A DNA stretch of 64,000 bases from Lama guanicoe (lineage: Eukaryota), in the NCBI GenBank assembly GCA_013239625.1, contig MU057202.1, positions 1,302,001 through 1,366,000 on the forward strand, read 5' to 3'. Each line of letters starts with the position of its first letter. Within the stretch, counting starts at the first letter, position 1. Of the stretch, positions 61,575-64,000 are shown one piece after another. Both the position numbers and the translations under genes were made by a program. The notes under the pieces are model-generated. The model saw nothing but the letters and a program-made list of their open reading frames with translations. It did no database searches and was not told where the DNA came from.

Positions 61575-63597
61575 CTAAGGGAAGCAAAGGTGACATAAAT
61601 TGCACAAGGAAGCACTCGGCGAACTAAACCACCATCCAGGTGGAAGTGGTTTCTTTTTAAATGTTTCTTTGGATTTAGGCAAAGTGCACAAGCTGTTCTA
61701 GACTCCAAATTGGTTATGCTCTGTTTTTTCCATTTTAAAATGTAAGGATTTCTAGCAGTTAAGCTTGGTGCCGAGAAAATTCAGCCATGATCCACACTGA
61801 GTTATCTGGGCTCTCGTTAATGGTCCCATGGCAGGTGTGGTACCAGGACTTGAAGTTTACCTAAAAGAGAATTAGCTCTCAGTTGGTCATCGTCTGTCTC
61901 AGGATAACTGAGTGTTCTGTGCTGTAGAATTTCCATCTAGAATTAATTTCTTTCAAGGGCTAGCTCAGAGGTCATGGCTTCTAACGCTAATACCCTACCA
62001 GTTATCCAAGAGGGCAGCAACCCACCAGGGAGAGAAGACCACACCTCTGCCTGGCACTGCGCGGCACTGCACAGCAGTCCCACCCTCACAAAAGCCCTGA
62101 AGGACAGGCGGTGTCCCACTCTTCAGGGAAAACACAGATTTGCAGAAATCAGGAGAAGTCCCAGGTGAGCATCAGCAGCACAGGAGCAAGCGCTGGGGAC
62201 AGGCCTGGGCTGAAGCAGGCGCGGGGCACTAACAGCCTGCCTTCCTGGGTGACACACTTTAGTTTAAAACTCATCTTTGAAGGAAGAATGAAACTAGAAG
62301 ACAAAAGCAAAAGCCAGCACATTTCATCACCAGACATTCTAGGAGAAGCTAGAGATGGATGGTCTTTCCACATTCGAAAATTAGCTTGTGATTTAGTAGA
62401 TGGAGAATCAGTGGTGAAAATTTTTGTCGCAGATTTTATTTGAGATCCAAACATTTGGATCTTAAGCTCTGGACTGCAGGTTAGAGAACAAAGGACCCGG
62501 GGTTCTTGTTAACAACTGCAGAACAAAGATCTCCCCGCTGAGCGAATTACTGTAAAGAATTATAAAACAAGGGCTTCAAAAGGAACAGCATACATAATGT
62601 GCTGAACTGAAAAACCAAAGATGAACAAGTCTCACCTCTGCTTCCATATTCTCTCCCCTGCTTCTGTATTCTCCCCCAAGTTGCCCCCACCGCCACAGTG
62701 GTCCTCTCAGATCCCCCGTGACACCCGCCCAGGGACCTTGCCACCACAGGCTTCCCTCCCGCACAGCTAACGTGTCTGGGTGTGTCCCGGCAGCTCTGGT
62801 CCCCCAGACACACCATGGCCTCTCACACTTCTGTCCTTCTACCTACGCTGCCCCCTCCCCTAGTAAGTTATCCCTCCTCCTCTAAGCCAGGGATCCCCTC
62901 TGGCACCACCGGGTGTTAGGTTTGCATCCACTGCCCTCCGAACAGCATTTATGACACTGCAGGGTAACTACCTGCTAACAGGGTCACAGCTCTTCCCCAC
63001 AAAACCGGAACTCAAGCCTGCATGACTGTCTCCACTACCCGGTGCAACACTCAGTTTAGCACACTACGCTCAGAATGCTGTGAACTGCAGCCCCGGATCA
63101 GCTTAAGGACAAGTCCACATCATGCACATTTTTATTTGAATTCCGCAGTGCTGCTTGGCGGGCCCCTGACCCTCGCTGCTCCACGGCAGGCAGTAGGGAG
63201 CTGCCAATTTTTGTTCTAGTTCCCCTCTTGAATCCATCAATGAAAAGGTACTCAGGGCTTCGAAAGCTTGACTTCTTGCAAATTACATTCCAAGTATCTC
63301 CTAATGTGACAACCACAGAATGAAAAAGGAAGCCCCGCGCAACAACAATCAGGGCAGGCTCTGATCACGGCACCAGCCACACCCCCAATCAGAGGGGTGA
63401 CGGCCAGCACGCACGGAAGAAAGACGTGGAGACCATCCATACTAAGAACAGCCCTCACAACAAAACTATTAAGACACACAGTCTACACAGGAATGCTCCC
63501 ACTTAAAAAAGAACAGCCCTTCAAGACCACAGTAGATAACGTACTCCAAGTATCTCCTAAGCAAAGTATCCACAACTGCCTGCCCCCTCCACAGATT

Positions 63598-63990
63598 TTC
63601 ATTCATTCATTCATTCGTTCAACAAACAGCAGCAGGCACTGTGCTGGCACATACAAGACACAGTCCCTGCCCATTTGAACTGGAGGCGGGGGGACAGCAC
63701 AGGCATACAATTAGAGAATTACAACCGACAAACGCTGCAGAGGTACACAGAGCTGCTAGGGGGACAGGTACACTCAACCTGAGGGAGGACCTTTATGTGA
63801 AACCAAAGGAGGAAGCAGAGACGAGACGGACTTACTGGGCAGAGGGATATACAAGCTCTGTGTGTGTAAAGAAGTGAAAGAGGCCAACGTGAGCCTGGAA
63901 CTTGGACAATGAGAGGGAAGAGCGGACCGTAGGAGGCTGTGAGAAGGCAGAAGGGAAGCAGGCTCTGCGGTGCTTTAAAGACCATCATGA
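63598..63990 (-). mobile_element. L2 LINE 3' end in a GINS2 intron
   Basis: (ATTC)n start followed by caacaaa...ggcactgtgct...aagacacagtccctgccc, typical of the antisense L2 terminus. Confidence 0.65.
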
Positions 63991-64000
63991 GGCCCTCAAA

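Noticed and set aside
61313-61708. 131-aa minus-strand ORF as a standalone gene
   Set aside because: It is the GINS2 penultimate exon plus flanking intron read-through.
1-64000. A novel multi-gene, defence or mobile system
   Set aside because: All convincing coding sequence is explained by GSE1 and GINS2. No intact transposase, reverse transcriptase, array or foreign-composition island was seen.

Overview
This is GC-rich mammalian genomic DNA. Two tRNA-derived SINE copies look like the camelid type, so the source is probably a camel, llama or alpaca. The + strand carries nearly all of GSE1 (Gse1 coiled-coil protein, a partner of the CoREST/LSD1/HDAC complex). It has a CpG-island promoter (~5.5-8.8 kb), 16 coding exons from ATG 7635 to a stop hidden in the N-run at 55913-56084 (~1,208 aa if the hidden parts match the orthologue), and a ~3.7 kb 3' UTR. 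All visible splice sites are GT/AG and keep the frame. The last two exons of GINS2 (PSF2) lie tail-to-tail on the - strand (61448-61574 and 61123-61248). Introns hold old MIR, L2, L1M, MLT1 and MER5-like remnants plus several AT-rich homeodomain-motif clusters that look like enhancers. There are no rRNA, true tRNA, CRISPR or prokaryote-type systems, and nearly all entries in the ORF track are GC-rich noise. I found no demonstrable new biological system. The best leads are: (i) exon 2 is phase-symmetric and flanked by inverted MIRs, so a back-spliced circle would be a stop-less ORF; (ii) a candidate in-frame alternative first exon (MAAPASEVG); (iii) a duplicated EKxxFLxxFxLT motif flanking a putative NLS; (iv) a perfect U1 site upstream of a non-canonical GINS2 poly(A) signal; (v) N-runs that fall preferentially on exons and UTRs. 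Orthologue comparisons are from memory, not from a search.
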